Numbered from the stretch's first letter, positions 33,731 to 46,325 are shown. The stretch: DNA of 64,000 bases from Escherichia coli (GCF_044647545.1 NZ_CP172818.1); one strand, 5' to 3'. Translations and numbers: made by a program. The notes: generated by a model not told the origin, from the sequence alone.

Positions 33731-35011
33731 GTGAAACATCTGACAGAAATGGTGAGACAGCACAAAGAGGGCAAAACAAATGGGATTTATGCCGTTTGTT
33801 CCGCACATCCGCTGGTGCTGGAAGCTGCAATCCGCTACGCCAGTGCAAACCAAACGCCGTTACTGATTGAAGCAACCTCCAATCAGGTGGACCAGTTCGG
33901 CGGTTATACCGGAATGACGCCCGCCGATTTTCGCGGCTTTGTTTGTCAGCTCGCCGACTCGTTGAATTTCCCACAGGATGCGTTGATTCTGGGTGGCGAC
34001 CATCTGGGGCCAAACCGCTGGCAAAACCTGCCTGCCGCTCAGGCAATGGCCAATGCCGATGATTTGATTAAAAGCTACGTGGCGGCAGGATTCAAAAAAA
34101 TTCACCTTGATTGCAGCATGTCCTGTCAGGACGATCCGATTCCCTTAACTGATGACATCGTGGCCGAACGCGCCGCTCGTCTGGCGAAAGTGGCGGAAGA
34201 AACCTGCCGTGAACATTTTGGCGCGGCCGATCTGGAGTATGTCATTGGTACCGAAGTACCGGTACCTGGCGGCGCGCATGAAACCTTAAGCGAGCTGGCG
34301 GTCACCACGCCGGATGCCGCCCGCGCCACACTGGAAGCCCATCGCCACGCCTTTGAAAAGCAGGGCCTGAATGCCATCTGGCCACGCATTATTGCCCTGG
34401 TGGTTCAACCCGGCGTCGAATTCGATCACACCAACGTTATTGATTATCAGCCAGCTAAAGCGACCGCATTAAGCCAGATGGTCGAAAACTACGAAACGCT
34501 GATTTTCGAAGCGCACTCTACCGATTACCAAACGCCGCAATCGTTGCGCCAGCTGGTGATTGACCACTTTGCCATTCTGAAAGTTGGCCCGGCGCTGACC
34601 TTCGCCCTGCGTGAAGCTCTGTTCTCTCTGGCGGCGATTGAAGAAGAACTGGTGCCAGCAAAAGCCTGTTCTGGTCTGCGTCAGGTGCTGGAAAACGTGA
34701 TGCTCGACCGCCCGGAATACTGGCAAAGCCACTACCACGGTGACGGCAACGCGCGTCGTCTGGCGCGTGGTTATAGCTACTCGGATCGCGTGCGCTATTA
34801 CTGGCCGGACAGCCAGATTGATGACGCTTTCGCTCATCTGGTTCGTAATCTGGCGGATTCACCAATTCCGCTACCGCTCATCAGCCAGTATTTGCCGCTG
34901 CAATACGTGAAAGTTCGCTCCGGCGAGCTGCAGCCAACACCACGGGAACTCATTATCAACCATATTCAGGACATCCTGGCGCAGTACCACACAGCCTGTG
35001 AAGGCCAATAA
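33731..35011 (+). CDS. kbaZ: Tagatose-bisphosphate aldolase subunit KbaZ
   Basis: 426 aa ORF. Confidence 0.9.
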   Translation: MKHLTEMVRQHKEGKTNGIYAVCSAHPLVLEAAIRYASANQTPLLIEATSNQVDQFGGYTGMTPADFRGFVCQLADSLNFPQDALILGGDHLGPNRWQNLPAAQAMANADDLIKSYVAAGFKKIHLDCSMSCQDDPIPLTDDIVAERAARLAKVAEETCREHFGAADLEYVIGTEVPVPGGAHETLSELAVTTPDAARATLEAHRHAFEKQGLNAIWPRIIALVVQPGVEFDHTNVIDYQPAKATALSQMVENYETLIFEAHSTDYQTPQSLRQLVIDHFAILKVGPALTFALREALFSLAAIEEELVPAKACSGLRQVLENVMLDRPEYWQSHYHGDGNARRLARGYSYSDRVRYYWPDSQIDDAFAHLVRNLADSPIPLPLISQYLPLQYVKVRSGELQPTPRELIINHIQDILAQYHTACEGQ

Positions 35012-35033
35012 GCAAAACAAAGAGGAACACGCT

Positions 35034-35507
35034 ATGCCAAATATTGTTTTAAGCCGGATTGATGAGCGTTTGATTCACGGTCAGGTCGGCGTTCAGTGGG
35101 TCGGATTTGCGGGGGCAAATCTGGTGCTGGTAGCCAACGATGAGGTTGCCGAAGATCCGGTACAACAAAACCTGATGGAAATGGTACTGGCAGAAGGGAT
35201 CGCCGTACGTTTCTGGACGCTGCAAAAAGTCATCGACAACATTCATCGCGCCGCCGATCGACAGAAAATCCTGCTGGTTTGTAAAACACCTGCCGATTTC
35301 CTGACGCTGGTGAAAGGTGGCGTTCCGGTGAATCGCATTAACGTTGGCAATATGCACTACGCCAATGGCAAGCAACAAATCGCCAAAACGGTTTCTGTGG
35401 ATGCGGGTGATATCGCAGCATTTAACGACCTGAAAGCCGCTGGGGTGGAATGCTTCGTTCAGGGCGTCCCGACAGAGCCTGCTGTGGACCTCTTTAAATT
35501 ACTTTGA
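35034..35507 (+). CDS. agaV: PTS GalNAc-specific EIIB component
   Basis: Start at MPNIVLSRIDERLIHGQ gives 157 aa. Confidence 0.9.
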   Translation: MPNIVLSRIDERLIHGQVGVQWVGFAGANLVLVANDEVAEDPVQQNLMEMVLAEGIAVRFWTLQKVIDNIHRAADRQKILLVCKTPADFLTLVKGGVPVNRINVGNMHYANGKQQIAKTVSVDAGDIAAFNDLKAAGVECFVQGVPTEPAVDLFKLL

Positions 35508-35517
35508 GGGATTCATC

Positions 35518-35919
35518 ATGGAAATCAGTCTGTTGCAGGCATTCGCGTTGGGCATTATCGCCTTTATCGCTGGCCTGGATATGTTTAACGGCCTAACCCA
35601 TATGCACCGCCCGGTGGTCCTCGGCCCGTTGGTCGGGCTGGTACTTGGCGATCTGCATACCGGTATTTTAACCGGCGGTACGCTGGAACTGGTGTGGATG
35701 GGGCTGGCCCCGCTGGCGGGCGCACAGCCGCCTAACGTGATTATCGGTACTATCGTCGGCACGGCGTTTGCCATTACTACTGGCGTGAAACCCGATGTCG
35801 CGGTCGGTGTCGCCGTACCTTTCGCTGTCGCAGTACAGATGGGGATTACCTTCCTGTTCTCGGTGATGTCCGGCGTGATGTCCCGCGGCGACCTGGCAAC
35901 AAACCCGTGCCGCGTTTGA
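35518..35919 (+). pseudogene. agaW: Truncated PTS EIIC gene (agaW'), K-12-type
   Basis: 133 aa EIIC N-terminal fragment ending abruptly (...DLATNPCRV*). Confidence 0.8.
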
Positions 35920-35938
35920 CGCTGGTGCCGACGGCCTG

Positions 35939-36442
35939 GTGCATTGCTATAACGGGATGACAGGTTTACATCACCGCGAACCGGGAATGGTTGGCGCGGG
36001 ATTAACGGACAAGCGCGCCTGGCTGGAACTGATAGCCGATGGTCATCATGTACATCCGGCGGCGATGTCGCTGTGTTGTTGCTGTGCGAAAGAGAGAATC
36101 GTGCTGATCACCGACGCGATGCAGGCAGCCGGGATGCCGGATGGTCGCTATACGTTATGTGGTGAAGAAGTGCAGATGCACGATGGCGTTGTCCGTACCG
36201 CGTCCGGTGGGCTGGCGGGCAGTACGCTGTCTGTCGATGCGGCAGTGCGCAACATGGTCGAGTTGACGGGCGTAACGCCTGCGGAAGCCATCCATATGGC
36301 ATCGCTGCATCCGGCGCGTATGCTGGGTGTTGATGGTGTTCTGGGATCGCTTAAACCGGGCAAACGCGCCAGCGTCGTTGCGCTGGATAGCGGGCTGCAT
36401 GTGCAACAAATCTGGATTCAGGGTCAATTAGCTTCGTTTTGA
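35939..36442 (+). pseudogene. agaA: 5'-truncated GlcNAc/GalNAc-6-phosphate deacetylase gene (agaA'), K-12-type
   Basis: 167 aa C-terminal deacetylase fragment with no plausible N-terminus. Confidence 0.8.
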
Positions 36443-36509
36443 TGGTTTGCTCCTTTATTGGGCCTTCACTTCCCCCGTAAGGCCTTTCTTTTTCTTTCTT
36501 TTTGATCTG

Positions 36510-36575
36510 TGCAGCGGTGTCGGATGCGACGCTGACGCGTCTTCTTCGACCTACGGTACGCCGCATCCGGCAATC
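36510..36575. repeat. REP-like element
   Basis: gtcggatgcgacgc ... gccgcatccggca. Confidence 0.5.
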
Positions 36576-36639
36576 GGTGAACATAGCGACGTTATCACGC
36601 AATCCTTTAATCTTCCCTTGTCTTTTCTTTCAATGATCA

Positions 36640-36755
36640 CAAATTTCGTTTTATTTCTTTTTTCTCCATTGAACTTTCAGTTTCTTTTCTATAGATTTTA
36701 ATCAACGAAAGACATCACCAAGTGAAATGAAACGAAAGGTAAGCGAAAGCGACAA
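36640..36755. promoter_or_regulatory. agaS upstream region with repeated GAAACGAAAG/CGAAAG motifs (putative AgaR operators)
   Basis: tttcgttttatttc (36644-36657), aatcaacgaaagac (36711-36724), aaatgaaacgaaaggtaagcgaaagcg (36725-36751). Confidence 0.5.
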
Positions 36756-36792
36756 CGCCCGACGCCAAGTTCATCAGACTAAGGATTGAGTT

Positions 36793-37947
36793 ATGCCAGA
36801 AAATTACACCCCTGCTGCCGCTGCAACCGGTACATGGACTGAAGAAGAGATCCGCCATCAGCCTCGCGCATGGATCCGTTCACTCACCAACATCGACGCG
36901 CTACGTTCCGCGCTCAATAACTTCCTTGAACCGTTACTGCGCAAAGAGAATCTGCGGGTAATCCTGACCGGAGCCGGAACCTCGGCATTTATCGGTGATA
37001 TCATCGCGCCGTGGCTCGCCAGCCATACCGGTAAAAACTTCAGCGCCGTACCGACCACCGATCTGGTCACTAATCCGATGGACTACCTGAATCCAGCTCA
37101 TCCGCTACTGTTGATCTCCTTCGGTCGATCCGGCAACAGCCCGGAAAGCGTCGCCGCCGTGGAACTGGCGAATCAGTTTGTACCGGAATGCTATCACCTG
37201 CCGATCACCTGCAACGAAGCGGGCGCTCTTTACCAAAACGCGATCAACAGCGACAACGCGTTTGCCCTGCTGATGCCCGCAGAAACGCACGATCGCGGCT
37301 TTGCGATGACCAGCAGCATTACCACCATGATGGCCAGCTGCCTCGCGGTTTTCGCACCTGAGACGATCAACAGCCAAACCTTCCGCGATGTGGCAGATCG
37401 TTGCCAGGAAATCCTGACCTCACTGGGCGATTTCAGCGAAGGTGTGTTTGGTTACGCACCGTGGAAACGGATCGTTTATCTCGGCAGCGGTGGCTTACAG
37501 GGCGCAGCACGCGAGTCGGCGCTGAAAGTACTGGAACTGACAGCGGGTAAACTGGCGGCCTTTTATGATTCCCCGACCGGATTCCGTCATGGCCCGAAAT
37601 CGCTGGTCGATAACGAAACGCTGGTGGTGGTGTTTGTCTCCAGCCACCCTTACACCCGTCAGTATGATCTTGATCTGCTGGCAGAACTCCGCCGCGATAA
37701 CCAGGCATTGCGCGTAATCGCCATCGCCGCGGAAAGCAACGACGTTATTACCGCCGGTCCACATATCATCCTGCCGCCGTCCCGTCACTTTATCGACGTT
37801 GAGCAGGCATTTTGCTTCCTGATGTACGCCCAGACGTTTGCACTGATGCAGTCGCTGCACATGGGTAATACGCCGGATACCCCATCAGCCAGTGGCACCG
37901 TTAACCGCGTGGTGCAAGGCGTAATCATTCATCCGTGGCAGGCATAA
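36793..37947 (+). CDS. agaS: Galactosamine-6-phosphate deaminase/isomerase (SIS domains)
   Basis: 384 aa ORF. Confidence 0.9.
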   Translation: MPENYTPAAAATGTWTEEEIRHQPRAWIRSLTNIDALRSALNNFLEPLLRKENLRVILTGAGTSAFIGDIIAPWLASHTGKNFSAVPTTDLVTNPMDYLNPAHPLLLISFGRSGNSPESVAAVELANQFVPECYHLPITCNEAGALYQNAINSDNAFALLMPAETHDRGFAMTSSITTMMASCLAVFAPETINSQTFRDVADRCQEILTSLGDFSEGVFGYAPWKRIVYLGSGGLQGAARESALKVLELTAGKLAAFYDSPTGFRHGPKSLVDNETLVVVFVSSHPYTRQYDLDLLAELRRDNQALRVIAIAAESNDVITAGPHIILPPSRHFIDVEQAFCFLMYAQTFALMQSLHMGNTPDTPSASGTVNRVVQGVIIHPWQA

Positions 37948-38820
<873 letters not shown>

Positions 38821-38986
38821 TCATTAGTTTTTTATGATTTATCCCAATGTACTTCCCGATTAATATCGGGGAGTGCCTTAATGGAAAAGGAGATGACTAA
38901 ACCTTAATAAATACATAAGTACAATATCGCAACAATAATATATTTAAAAAAATTATATTATTCAACTTTATGGTGAGGATTACACA

Positions 38987-39463
38987 ATGAGCAGTCCAAA
39001 TATTCTCTTAACCCGTATTGATAACCGTCTGGTTCACGGTCAGGTTGGCGTGACCTGGACATCCACCATCGGTGCGAATCTGTTGGTAGTCGTGGATGAT
39101 GTTGTCGCTAACGATGATATTCAACAGAAATTAATGGGTATTACCGCAGAAACCTACGGCTTTGGCATTCGTTTCTTTACTATCGAAAAAACCATTAACG
39201 TCATCGGCAAAGCTGCACCGCATCAGAAGATCTTCCTGATTTGCCGTACGCCACAAACGGTACGTAAATTGGTAGAAGGTGGTATTGACCTGAAAGATGT
39301 CAACGTCGGCAATATGCATTTCTCGGAAGGGAAAAAGCAAATCAGCAGTAAAGTTTATGTCGATGACCAGGATCTCACGGACTTACATTTTATTAAACAA
39401 CGTGGCGTGAATGTTTTCATTCAGGACGTCCCTGGCGATCAAAAAGAACAAATCCCTGACTAA
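38987..39463 (+). CDS. agaB: PTS galactosamine-specific EIIB
   Basis: 158 aa ORF; paralogous to agaV (LxRIDxRLxHGQVG N-terminus). Confidence 0.9.
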   Translation: MSSPNILLTRIDNRLVHGQVGVTWTSTIGANLLVVVDDVVANDDIQQKLMGITAETYGFGIRFFTIEKTINVIGKAAPHQKIFLICRTPQTVRKLVEGGIDLKDVNVGNMHFSEGKKQISSKVYVDDQDLTDLHFIKQRGVNVFIQDVPGDQKEQIPD

Positions 39464-39501
39464 ATCTAAAATCGCCTTAATATTGGTTTGAGGTAATAAA
39501 A

Positions 39502-40305
39502 ATGCATGAAATAACCCTACTCCAGGGATTATCCCTGGCGGCGTTAGTTTTCTTTCTGGGGATTGATTTTTGGCTGGAAGCCTTATTTTTATTCCGCCCG
39601 ATAATCGTTTGTACCCTTACAGGTGCTATTCTCGGTGATATTCAGACTGGCTTAATTACCGGTGGCCTGACAGAGTTGGCTTTCGCCGGATTAACCCCTG
39701 CAGGTGGTGTTCAGCCGCCCAACCCTATTATGGCGGGTCTGATGACCACTGTCATTGCATGGTCTACGGGCGTTGATGCCAAAACGGCAATTGGTCTTGG
39801 CCTGCCGTTTAGTTTGTTAATGCAGTACGTCATTCTGTTCTTCTATTCCGCTTTCTCATTATTTATGACCAAAGCCGATAAATGCGCAAAAGAGGCGGAT
39901 ACGGCAGCATTTTCCCGACTTAACTGGACAACGATGCTCATCGTCGCTTCAGCGTATGCGGTGATTGCTTTCCTCTGTACTTACCTGGCACAAGGGGCGA
40001 TGCAGGCGCTGGTGAAAGCGATGCCCGCTTGGCTGACCCACGGCTTTGAAGTGGCTGGCGGTATTCTGCCTGCCGTTGGTTTTGGCTTGCTGCTGCGCGT
40101 GATGTTCAAAGCGCAATATATCCCTTACCTGATCGCCGGTTTCCTGTTCGTTTGCTACATCCAGGTCAGCAACCTGTTGCCGGTTGCCGTGCTGGGTGCA
40201 GGCTTTGCGGTGTATGAGTTTTTCAATGCGAAATCCCGGCAGCAAGCGCAACCGCAGTCCGTTGTCAGTAATAATGAAGAAGAGGACTACAGCAATGGGA
40301 TCTGA
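39502..40305 (+). CDS. agaC: PTS galactosamine-specific EIIC
   Basis: 267 aa membrane ORF. Confidence 0.9.
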   Translation: MHEITLLQGLSLAALVFFLGIDFWLEALFLFRPIIVCTLTGAILGDIQTGLITGGLTELAFAGLTPAGGVQPPNPIMAGLMTTVIAWSTGVDAKTAIGLGLPFSLLMQYVILFFYSAFSLFMTKADKCAKEADTAAFSRLNWTTMLIVASAYAVIAFLCTYLAQGAMQALVKAMPAWLTHGFEVAGGILPAVGFGLLLRVMFKAQYIPYLIAGFLFVCYIQVSNLLPVAVLGAGFAVYEFFNAKSRQQAQPQSVVSNNEEEDYSNGI

Positions 40306-41086
40306 AATCAGTAAAAAAGATATCACCCGTCTGGGCTTTCGTTCGTCACTGCTGCAAGCGAGCTTTAACTACGAAAGGATGCAGGCGGGCGGTTTTACCT
40401 GGGCGATGTTGCCGATCCTGAAAAAGATTTATAAGGACGACAAACCGGGCCTAAGCGCGGCGATGAAAGATAACCTCGAATTTATTAATACCCACCCGAA
40501 TCTGGTCGGATTCCTGATGGGGTTATTAATTTCGATGGAAGAAAAAGGAGAAAACCGCGACACCATTAAAGGCCTCAAAGTGGCACTGTTTGGCCCAATC
40601 GCCGGGATTGGCGATGCGATTTTCTGGTTTACCTTATTGCCGATTATGGCGGGAATTTGCTCATCATTTGCCAGCCAGGGAAACTTGCTGGGGCCGATTC
40701 TATTTTTCGCCGTTTACCTGCTTATCTTCTTCCTGCGCGTCGGCTGGACCCACGTCGGTTATTCAGTCGGCGTGAAGGCTATTGATAAAGTGCGAGAGAA
40801 CTCGCAGATGATTGCTCGTTCGGCAACCATCCTCGGGATCACGGTAATCGGCGGGCTGATCGCTTCGTATGTGCATATTAACGTGGTGACATCGTTTGCC
40901 ATCGACAGTACCCACAGCGTCGCACTGCAGCAGGATTTCTTCGATAAAGTCTTCCCGAACATTTTACCGATGGCCTACACCCTGCTGATGTATTACTTCC
41001 TGCGGGTGAAAAAAGCGCATCCGGTGCTGTTAATCGGCGTGACTTTTGTGCTCTCTATTGTTTGTTCCGCATTCGGCATTTTGTAA
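40295..41086 (+). CDS. agaD: PTS galactosamine-specific EIID
   Basis: Start at MGSEISKKDITR gives 263 aa. Confidence 0.9.
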   Translation: MGSEISKKDITRLGFRSSLLQASFNYERMQAGGFTWAMLPILKKIYKDDKPGLSAAMKDNLEFINTHPNLVGFLMGLLISMEEKGENRDTIKGLKVALFGPIAGIGDAIFWFTLLPIMAGICSSFASQGNLLGPILFFAVYLLIFFLRVGWTHVGYSVGVKAIDKVRENSQMIARSATILGITVIGGLIASYVHINVVTSFAIDSTHSVALQQDFFDKVFPNILPMAYTLLMYYFLRVKKAHPVLLIGVTFVLSIVCSAFGIL

Positions 41087-41953
41087 ATGGAACGAGGCAC
41101 TGCGTCTGGCGGTGCCTCTTTACTTAAGGAATTTCATCCTGTGCAAACCCTTCAACAAGTTGAAAACTATACGGCGTTAAGTGAACGTGCCAGCGAATAT
41201 TTATTGGCCGTGATCCGTAGTAAACCGGATGCCGTGATTTGCCTGGCGACCGGAGCCACGCCATTACTGACGTATCATTATCTGGTAGAAAAAATCCACC
41301 AGCAGCAGGTTGATGTCAGCCAGCTCACCTTCGTGAAGCTCGACGAATGGGTGGATCTGCCATTAACAATGCCTGGCACCTGCGAAACTTTCCTACAACA
41401 GCATATCGTGCAGCCGCTGGGGCTGCGTGAAGACCAGCTCATCAGCTTTCGCTCTGAAGAGATAAATGAGACAGAGTGCGAACGGGTAACGAACCTGATT
41501 GCGCGCAAAGGCGGTCTGGATTTATGCGTTCTCGGATTGGGGAAAAACGGTCATCTTGGGCTGAACGAACCGGGAGAAAGCCTGCAACCGGCCTGCCATA
41601 TCAGTCAACTTGATGCCAGAACACAGCAACATGAGATGTTAAAAACCGCGGGCCGTCCCGTGACTCGTGGGATCACCTTAGGCCTGAAGGATATTCTCAA
41701 TACCCGCGAAGTTTTGCTACTGGTGACTGGCGAAGGAAAGCAGGATGCGACAGAACGTTTTCTCACGGCTAAAGTCTCTACCGCTATCCCGGCTTCTTGG
41801 GGCAACGCCCACACTCTCCCCCTGCTGCTCCAGTGCATACTTATACAGCGCATTTTTCTTCACGCCGTGAATTTCTGCTGCCAGCGCCGCCGCTTTTTTC
41901 AGTGGCAGTTCTGCCTGCAACAGCGCCAGCGTGCGCAGGGCATCGGCGGGTAA
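41087..41953 (+). pseudogene. agaI: Glucosamine-6-phosphate deaminase/isomerase-like gene with altered 3' end (native stop lost; frame runs antisense into rsmI)
   Basis: ORF is 288 aa versus an expected ~251; tail after ~41815 is the antisense of the rsmI 3' end. Confidence 0.7.
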
Positions 41954-42676
41954 GTCTTCTTCCTGTGCTTTATGGCCTTCGACAATCAGTACCATTTCGC
42001 CTTTGCGACGGTTTTCATCTTCTTTGACCCACGCCAGCAGCTCGCCAACGGGCGCGCCGTGAATGGTTTCCCAGGTTTTGGTCAGCTCACGCGCCAGAAC
42101 GACGTAGCGGGATTCGCCTAATACCGCAACGATATCTTCCAGGCTATCTAACAGACGGTGGGTAGATTCATAAAAAATCAGCGTGCGCGGCTCCGCTTCA
42201 ATGGCTTTTAGCGCATCACGGCGGCCTTTTGATTTGGCAGGTAAAAAGCCTTCATAACAAAAACGATCGGATGGTAAACCCGCGGCGCTTAACGCAGTGA
42301 TAGCAGCACACGGCCCGGGTAGCGGCACCACGCGAATCCCCGCTTCACGGCAGGTACGCACCAGATGGTAGCCAGGATCGTTAATTAGCGGCGTTCCGGC
42401 ATCGGAAACCAGCGCAATGTTTTGCCCCTCTTGCAGCTTCGCCAGCAGCGTTTCGGCTTTTTGTTGTTCGTTATGGTCGTGCAGCGCAAACAACCGAGCA
42501 TTAATCCCAAAATGTTGCAGCAATAAACCGGTGTGACGCGTATCCTCGGCGGCAATCAGATCAACGGCCTGTAATACCTCCAACGCACGCTGGGTGATAT
42601 CCGCCAGATTGCCGATTGGCGTCGGTACAATGTAAAGCTGGCCCTGAGAATTATCCGCCGATTGGTGTTGTTTCAT
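41717..42676 (-). CDS. rsmI: 16S rRNA 2'-O-ribose C1402 methyltransferase with a ~32-aa C-terminal extension (native stop lost)
   Basis: ORF 319 aa; residues 1-287 read as RsmI ([30 protein letters not shown] ... ALEQQGE), then [32 protein letters not shown], which is antisense to agaI. Confidence 0.8.
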
Positions 42677-42740
42677 TGTGTCGTCCGTATTGCCGATTTA
42701 ATATTGAGCATTGCGTAAAAAAAATATCACTGGATACATT

Positions 42741-44777
42741 ATGGTACCCTCAACATTTTCTCGTTTGAAAGCCGCGCGTTGTCTGCCTGTTGTTCTGGCA
42801 GCCCTGATTTTCGCCGGTTGTGGCACCCATACTCCCGATCAGTCCACTGCTTATATGCAGGGCACGGCGCAGGCTGATTCTGCCTTTTACCTGCAACAGA
42901 TGCAGCAAAGTTCTGATGATACCAGGATCAACTGGCAATTACTCGCCATTCGTGCACTGGTGAAAGAAGGTAAAACCGGACAGGCGGTGGAGTTGTTTAA
43001 CCAACTACCGCAAGAACTGAACGATTCTCAGCGTCGCGAGAAAACACTGCTGGCGGCAGAGATTAAACTGGCGCAGAAAGATTTTGCTGGCGCGCAAAAC
43101 TTGCTGGCGAAAATCACACCTGCAGATTTAGAACAAAACCAGCAAGCGCGTTACTGGCAGGCAAAAATCGATGCCAGCCAGGGGCGTCCTTCCATTGATT
43201 TACTGCGCGCGTTAATTGCTCAGGAACCGCTGCTCGGCGCGAAAGAAAAGCAGCAGAATATTGACGTCACCTGGCAGGCGCTCTCCTCCATGACTCAGGA
43301 ACAGGCGAATACGCTGGTGATCAATGCCGACGAAAATATTCTGCAAGGCTGGTTGGATCTGCAGCGCATCTGGTTTGATAACCGTAACGATCCCGACATG
43401 ATGAAAGCCGGGATCGCCGACTGGCAGAAACGTTATCCGAACAACCCGGGCGCGAAAATGCTGCCAACGCAGTTGGTTAACGTAAAAGCGTTTAAACCAG
43501 CATCGACCAACAAAATCGCCCTGCTGTTGCCACTGAATGGCCAGGCAGCGGTATTTGGTCGCACTATTCAGCAAGGCTTTGAAGCGGCGAAAAATATCGG
43601 CACTCAGCCAGTGGCGGCCCAGGTAGCTGCCGCACCTGCCGCAGACGTAGCAGAACAACCTCAGCCGCAAACCGTGGATGGCGTTGCCAGCCCGGCACAA
43701 GCCTCGGTTAGCGATCTGACCGGTGAACAACCTGCGGCCCAGCCGGTGCCTGTAAGCGCCCCGGTGGCAACCACCGCAGCGGTAAGCGCACCCGCGAATC
43801 CATCCGCAGAGCTGAAAATCTACGATACATCATCACAACCACTTAGCCAGATCCTCAACCAGGTTCAACAGGATGGTGCGAGTATTGTGGTCGGTCCGTT
43901 GCTGAAAAATAACGTTGAAGAGTTGCTGAAGAGCAACACTCCGCTGAACGTGCTGGCACTGAACCAGCCGGAGAATATCGAAAACCGCGTCAATATTTGT
44001 TACTTCGCGCTTTCACCGGAAGACGAAGCGCGCGATGCAGCGCGTCATATTCGTGACCAGGGTAAACAAGCGCCGCTGGTGCTGATCCCACGCAGTTCAT
44101 TGGGCGATCGCGTAGCCAATGCGTTTGCGCAAGAGTGGCAGAAACTGGGTGGCAGCACCGTTCTGCAACAAAAATTTGGTTCCACCAGCGAATTACGCGC
44201 GGGTGTTAACGGCGGTTCTGGTATTGCTTTAACGGGTAGCCCGATTACTCCCAGAGCGACAACCGACTCCGGCATGACGACCAACAATCCAACGCTGCAA
44301 ACCACGCCAACCGATGACCAGTTCACCAATAATGGCGGTCGTGTCGATGCGGTGTACATTGTGGCAACGCCGGGTGAAATCGCTTTTATCAAACCAATGA
44401 TCGCCATGCGTAACGGTAGCCAGAGCGGTGCAACGCTGTACGCCAGCTCCCGCAGTGCGCAAGGGACCGCGGGCCCGGATTTCCGCCTGGAGATGGAAGG
44501 CTTGCAGTACAGCGAAATCCCGATGCTGGCAGGCGGTAATCTGCCGTTAATGCAGCAGGCGCTCAGCGCGGTGAACAACGATTATTCGCTGGCTCGCATG
44601 TATGCGATGGGCGTCGATGCCTGGTCGTTGGCAAATCATTTCTCACAAATGCGCCAGGTTCAGGGTTTTGAAATCAACGGTAATACCGGAAGTCTGACGG
44701 CTAACCCGGATTGCGTAATTAACAGGAAGTTATCATGGCTACAGTACCAACAAGGTCAGGTAGTCCCCGCCAGTTAA
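42741..44777 (+). CDS. lpoA: Outer-membrane lipoprotein activator of PBP1A
   Basis: Start at [27 protein letters not shown] (lipobox) gives 678 aa. Confidence 0.9.
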   Translation: MVPSTFSRLKAARCLPVVLAALIFAGCGTHTPDQSTAYMQGTAQADSAFYLQQMQQSSDDTRINWQLLAIRALVKEGKTGQAVELFNQLPQELNDSQRREKTLLAAEIKLAQKDFAGAQNLLAKITPADLEQNQQARYWQAKIDASQGRPSIDLLRALIAQEPLLGAKEKQQNIDVTWQALSSMTQEQANTLVINADENILQGWLDLQRIWFDNRNDPDMMKAGIADWQKRYPNNPGAKMLPTQLVNVKAFKPASTNKIALLLPLNGQAAVFGRTIQQGFEAAKNIGTQPVAAQVAAAPAADVAEQPQPQTVDGVASPAQASVSDLTGEQPAAQPVPVSAPVATTAAVSAPANPSAELKIYDTSSQPLSQILNQVQQDGASIVVGPLLKNNVEELLKSNTPLNVLALNQPENIENRVNICYFALSPEDEARDAARHIRDQGKQAPLVLIPRSSLGDRVANAFAQEWQKLGGSTVLQQKFGSTSELRAGVNGGSGIALTGSPITPRATTDSGMTTNNPTLQTTPTDDQFTNNGGRVDAVYIVATPGEIAFIKPMIAMRNGSQSGATLYASSRSAQGTAGPDFRLEMEGLQYSEIPMLAGGNLPLMQQALSAVNNDYSLARMYAMGVDAWSLANHFSQMRQVQGFEINGNTGSLTANPDCVINRKLSWLQYQQGQVVPAS

Positions 44778-45130
44778 CCACTAAACAGACCGGCGATGCG
44801 TGGGAAGCACAAGCGCGTCGCTGGCTGGAGAGCAAAGGACTGCGGTTTGTCGCCGCTAACGTGAACGAGCGTGGCGGCGAGATCGATCTGATAATGCGTG
44901 AAGGCCGGACCACCGTTTTTGTCGAGGTGCGTTACCGCCGCTCTGCGCTTTATGGCGGCGCGGCAGCCAGTGTGACCCGCAGCAAACAACACAAATTATT
45001 ACAGACTGCCCGCTTGTGGCTCGCGCGTCATAATGGGAGTTTTGATACTGTGGATTGCCGGTTCGATGTGGTAGCCTTCACCGGGAATGAGGTTGAGTGG
45101 ATTAAGGATGCCTTTAATGACCACTCATAA
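44735..45130 (+). CDS. yraN: UPF0102 family protein (endonuclease-like)
   Basis: 131 aa ORF overlapping the lpoA 3' end. Confidence 0.85.
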   Translation: MATVPTRSGSPRQLTTKQTGDAWEAQARRWLESKGLRFVAANVNERGGEIDLIMREGRTTVFVEVRYRRSALYGGAAASVTRSKQHKLLQTARLWLARHNGSFDTVDCRFDVVAFTGNEVEWIKDAFNDHS

Positions 45131-45149
45131 TTAAGGTTTAAGGATTAGC

Positions 45150-45740
45150 GTGCAAGAAAGAATTAAAGCTTGCTTCACTGAAAGCATTCAAACTCAAATT
45201 GCGGCGGCAGAGGCGCTTCCGGATGCCATCTCGCGTGCAGCTATGACGCTGGTTCAGTCTCTGCTCAATGGCAACAAAATCCTCTGTTGTGGTAATGGAA
45301 CTTCCGCTGCCAATGCACAGCATTTTGCTGCCAGCATGATCAACCGTTTCGAAACGGAGCGGCCCAGCTTACCTGCCATTGCACTAAATACTGATAATGT
45401 TGTCTTAACGGCAATTGCCAACGATCGCTTACATGATGAAGTGTATGCAAAACAGGTGCGGGCGCTGGGTCATGCGGGAGATGTATTGTTAGCCATTTCC
45501 ACCCGTGGCAACAGCCGCGATATTGTAAAAGCGGTAGAAGCTGCCGTTACGCGTGATATGACCATTGTGGCATTAACCGGCTATGACGGCGGTGAACTTG
45601 CAGGTTTGTTAGGGCCACAGGATGTGGAGATCCGCATTCCTTCGCATCGTAGTGCTCGCATTCAGGAGATGCATATGCTGACGGTAAATTGCCTGTGCGA
45701 TCTGATCGATAACACGCTTTTCCCTCACCAGGATGTTTAA
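45150..45740 (+). CDS. diaA: DnaA initiator-associating protein (SIS domain)
   Basis: 196 aa ORF. Confidence 0.9.
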
Positions 45741-45749
45741 GGAGAATAC

Positions 45750-46325
45750 ATGAAGGCATTATCGCCAATCGCAGTCCTTATTTCCGCGCTGCTGTTGCAA
45801 GGTTGTGTTGCCGCTGCCGTAGTGGGTACTGCTGCTGTGGGTACCAAAGCCGCAACTGACCCACGCAGTGTCGGCACCCAGGTGGACGATGGTACCCTGG
45901 AAGTGCGCGTGAACAGCGCATTGTCGAAAGACGAACAAATTAAGAAAGAAGCGCGCATTAATGTAACGGCCTATCAGGGCAAAGTGCTGCTAGTTGGGCA
46001 GTCACCAAACGCTGAACTTTCGGCTCGCGCTAAACAAATTGCGATGGGCGTAGACGGTGCCAACGAAGTGTATAACGAGATTCGTCAGGGCCAGCCGATT
46101 GGTCTGGGCGAAGCGTCTAACGATACGTGGATCACCACCAAAGTGCGTTCGCAGCTCTTAACCAGCGATCTGGTGAAATCGTCCAACGTGAAAGTGACCA
46201 CCGAAAACGGTGAAGTGTTCCTGATGGGGCTGGTGACTGAACGTGAAGCGAAAGCGGCGGCAGATATTGCCAGCCGGGTAAGCGGCGTGAAGCGGGTAAC
46301 CACGGCGTTTACGTTTATTAAATAA
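45750..46325 (+). CDS. dolP: Dual BON-domain outer-membrane lipoprotein
   Basis: 191 aa ORF with lipoprotein signal (LLQGC). Confidence 0.9.
   Translation: MKALSPIAVLISALLLQGCVAAAVVGTAAVGTKAATDPRSVGTQVDDGTLEVRVNSALSKDEQIKKEARINVTAYQGKVLLVGQSPNAELSARAKQIAMGVDGANEVYNEIRQGQPIGLGEASNDTWITTKVRSQLLTSDLVKSSNVKVTTENGEVFLMGLVTEREAKAAADIASRVSGVKRVTTAFTFIK

Noticed and set aside
43600-43830. Low-complexity Ala/Pro/Gln/Val-rich coding stretch
   Set aside because: Part of the lpoA interdomain linker, not a separate repeat element or insertion.
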